From: Arenicellales bacterium
Lineage (GTDB): Bacteria > Pseudomonadota > Gammaproteobacteria > Arenicellales > JBFEOO01
Assembly: GCA_041550555.1 (NCBI GenBank)
Contig: JBFEOO010000012.1
Location: 1,756 to 65,755 of the forward strand
Length of the DNA: 64,000 nt
Direction: 5' to 3'
Shown: piece by piece, positions 61,661 to 64,000 of the stretch
Numbering within the stretch: position 1 is the stretch's first letter
Layout of the letters: each line of letters starts with the position of its first letter
Made by a program: the position numbers and the translations under genes
Notes under the pieces: generated by a model
Told to the model about the DNA's origin: nothing
The model's database searches: none
What the model saw: only the letters and a program-made list of their open reading frames with translations

Positions 61661-63472
61661 TCAGTCGCGCAGAGCGATGCTCTGATCGCCAAGCGAATCC
61701 AGCTGCGCCGTGAGCACGGCGACAATTTGCTGGAATTGCTCCCTGTCCGTTTCCGGAATCGGCTCGGCGGGTGGCTGTTCGACGGTGAGGGGGTTGCGGT
61801 GGATGCCGTTGATTCTAAACTCGTAGTGGAGATGGGGACCGCTCGCGAGCCCCGTGCTGCCGACGTAGCCGATAACGTCGCCCTGGCGCACCGGTGCGCC
61901 GCGCTGGGTAGGTGCTGCGAAGCGCGATAGGTGAGCGTAGAGGGTCGTATAGGCGTGTCCGTGCTGAATGATCACCGTTTTGCCGTAGCCACCGCGACTG
62001 CTCGCCGAGACGATGCGGCCGTCGGCCGTGGCATGGACGGGCGTCCCTGCCGGGGCGGCATAGTCGACGCCCTTGTGGGCGCGCCATTTCTTGAGTATCG
62101 GGTGGAGTCGGCGTTTCGAGAATAGGGAGCTGATCCGCGATTGCTTGACCGGGGCGCGCAGGAATGCTCGGCGCAGGCTGCGGCCGTCCGGCGTGTAGTA
62201 CCTGGCTCGACCCTGATTGTCCGTGAAACGAATGGCGCGGAATGCTTCACCGTCGTTGACGAACTCGGCCGCGAGCAGCGCGCCGTCGGCGAGCTTCTCC
62301 CCTTCCCAGAGATGCTCTTCGTAGATAACCGTGAAGCGATCGCCTTGGCGCAGCTTCCGCGCGAAGTCGATGTCCCATCCAAATATGTCCTCGAGCGCCA
62401 TGGTGATCTTCTCCGGCACCCCGGCATCGGCACCGGCCTGATAGAGCGAGGACTTGACGAATCCGGCAGCGCGGGCGTGGCGGATGTCGACGTCGCGGCG
62501 GGCCTCGGACACCTCGTAGCTTTTCCCTTCGCGCTGTACGGCAAGATACTCGACCGGTCCAACCTCGTAGCGCAGCGCCACGAACGCACCTTCGGCGTCG
62601 AGGCCCAGCTGCAGCTCCCGGCCGGGTTGCAGTCTAGAGAGCACGCCGGCTCCCTCAAGGCTGGCGATGCGAACCGCGTCGGCGGGGCGCAGGCCGCGTC
62701 GCTGAAAGATGCCGCCGAGCGTGTCGCCGGACTGCACCTCGAGCGTCACCCACTCGATAGTTGAGCGCTGCTGCTGAGCACCGTCGGATGCCGTCTCGCT
62801 GCCGGCAGCGGCATCGGGCACCACGACAGAGGCGGGAGGCGCCACGGCGGGGACATCAGGCTCGACGACGCCGGCAAGAGGGTCACGCTCGCTGATGGCG
62901 GCGACATGGGCCTCGACGACGGGGTCGGCGGGTGCTGCGGCGGAGACATCGGGCTCGACGACGCCGGCAAGGGGGTCGCGCTCGCTGATGGCGGCGACAT
63001 GGGCCTCGACGACGGGGTCGGCGGGTGCTGCGGCGGGGACATCGGGCTCGCTGACGGTCGCGACATCAGGCTCGCTGGGTGCCGGGGCGTGGTCGGGCCC
63101 GGCAACGGTGGCCTCGGTGTTGTCGCCGGGCGGCGACGGTGTCATGCCGATGCCGTCGTGCGTCGATGCGGGGGACGTACCGGCTTCGACCGCCTCGGGG
63201 TGCGGATTCGGTCTAAATATTGCTACGACACGCTCTTTCCCGGGAGCCTGGTCAATGGCGGGCGTAGCGGCTTGCGGCGGCGCTTCGCTGTCCGCAGCCT
63301 CGCGGCGATCGAAGAGCCAGACGGAGCAGACGGCGACGGCCAACGCCGCGACGGCGACCGCCACAGGGCGACGACGCCAGCGGCCGCGCGCGCGCGTGGC
63401 GCCGCCGGTATCGAGTAGATATTTAAGGTCTCGGGAGAACAGCCCGTTTGGGGCGCTATACCGTTGATCCAC
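61661..63472 (-). CDS. M23 peptidoglycan DD-endopeptidase (MepM-like) with TM anchor and low-complexity linker
   Basis: VQSGDTL LysM/OapA-like segment, FGWDIDF, HKGVDYAA, YAHL, SGPHLHYE. Confidence 0.92.
   Translation of the reverse strand: MDQRYSAPNGLFSRDLKYLLDTGGATRARGRWRRRPVAVAVAALAVAVCSVWLFDRREAADSEAPPQAATPAIDQAPGKERVVAIFRPNPHPEAVEAGTSPASTHDGIGMTPSPPGDNTEATVAGPDHAPAPSEPDVATVSEPDVPAAAPADPVVEAHVAAISERDPLAGVVEPDVSAAAPADPVVEAHVAAISERDPLAGVVEPDVPAVAPPASVVVPDAAAGSETASDGAQQQRSTIEWVTLEVQSGDTLGGIFQRRGLRPADAVRIASLEGAGVLSRLQPGRELQLGLDAEGAFVALRYEVGPVEYLAVQREGKSYEVSEARRDVDIRHARAAGFVKSSLYQAGADAGVPEKITMALEDIFGWDIDFARKLRQGDRFTVIYEEHLWEGEKLADGALLAAEFVNDGEAFRAIRFTDNQGRARYYTPDGRSLRRAFLRAPVKQSRISSLFSKRRLHPILKKWRAHKGVDYAAPAGTPVHATADGRIVSASSRGGYGKTVIIQHGHAYTTLYAHLSRFAAPTQRGAPVRQGDVIGYVGSTGLASGPHLHYEFRINGIHRNPLTVEQPPAEPIPETDREQFQQIVAVLTAQLDSLGDQSIALRD
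62846..63052. repeat. Intragenic 93-bp tandem repeat (about 2.2 copies)
   Basis: GACATC anchors at 62852, 62945 and 63038; encodes EPDVxAAAPADPVVEAHVAAISERDPLAGVV twice. Confidence 0.9.
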
Positions 63473-63674
63473 CGCCGTCCGGTTCTAATTAACGTCCCTA
63501 TCATTAATGTATCGCCTCGGGGGCGGTACGTCAAAGTGGCTTCTCCGCCATTCGGCGGCCGATCCGCGGACCCTGCAGGTCGCTGCGAGTCGGGATGCTC
63601 CAAACGATCGTCTTTCGGACGACTTGAGCACTGTCGAGAGTCCCGGTAATCTCGACCGTCCTCCGCCTTCGTAG

Positions 63675-64000
<326 letters not shown>

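Noticed and set aside
62846-63052. Repeat as a CRISPR array
   Set aside because: In-frame coding tandem repeat with no unique spacers and no cas genes

Overview
High-GC gammaproteobacterial chromosomal window made mostly of core genes, with no integrase, transposase, prophage or CRISPR array seen. Gene order: folB-folK, pteridine reductase, MidA methyltransferase, uppP, cca, aminopeptidase, NDUFA9-like epimerase, slt, pyrE, xth, ampG, dynamin-like GTPase, yggU-yggT-proC-yggS, pilT-pilU, VOC protein, pyrC'-pyrB-pyrR-yqgF-yqgE-tonB, a reduced Pil-Chp chemosensory pair, bioA, IMPase, tkt-gap-pgk-pyk-lutABC-fabA-fabB-ctaA, mipA, coq7, a TRAP/two-amidase/glcDEF/aceB block, a probable sRNA, rplM-rpsI-tRNA-Gln-argC-bactofilin-erpA, an M23 peptidase and partial tyrS. 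Three observations stand out. (1) At the usual pil-chp position there is only a PilI-like CheW and an intact-frame ChpA-like protein whose Hpt histidines and ATP-binding boxes appear degenerate while its receiver domain is well conserved, so it looks like a pseudokinase module with no local receptor. (2) A ~12 kb catabolic block lies between coq7 and rplM, containing a 57-aa membrane ORF missing from the ORF track and LiuR-like and PhaR-like operators. (3) A sigma70-driven, intrinsically terminated sRNA displays anti-Shine-Dalgarno motifs. All family and motif assignments are by-eye recognition; no searches were run.
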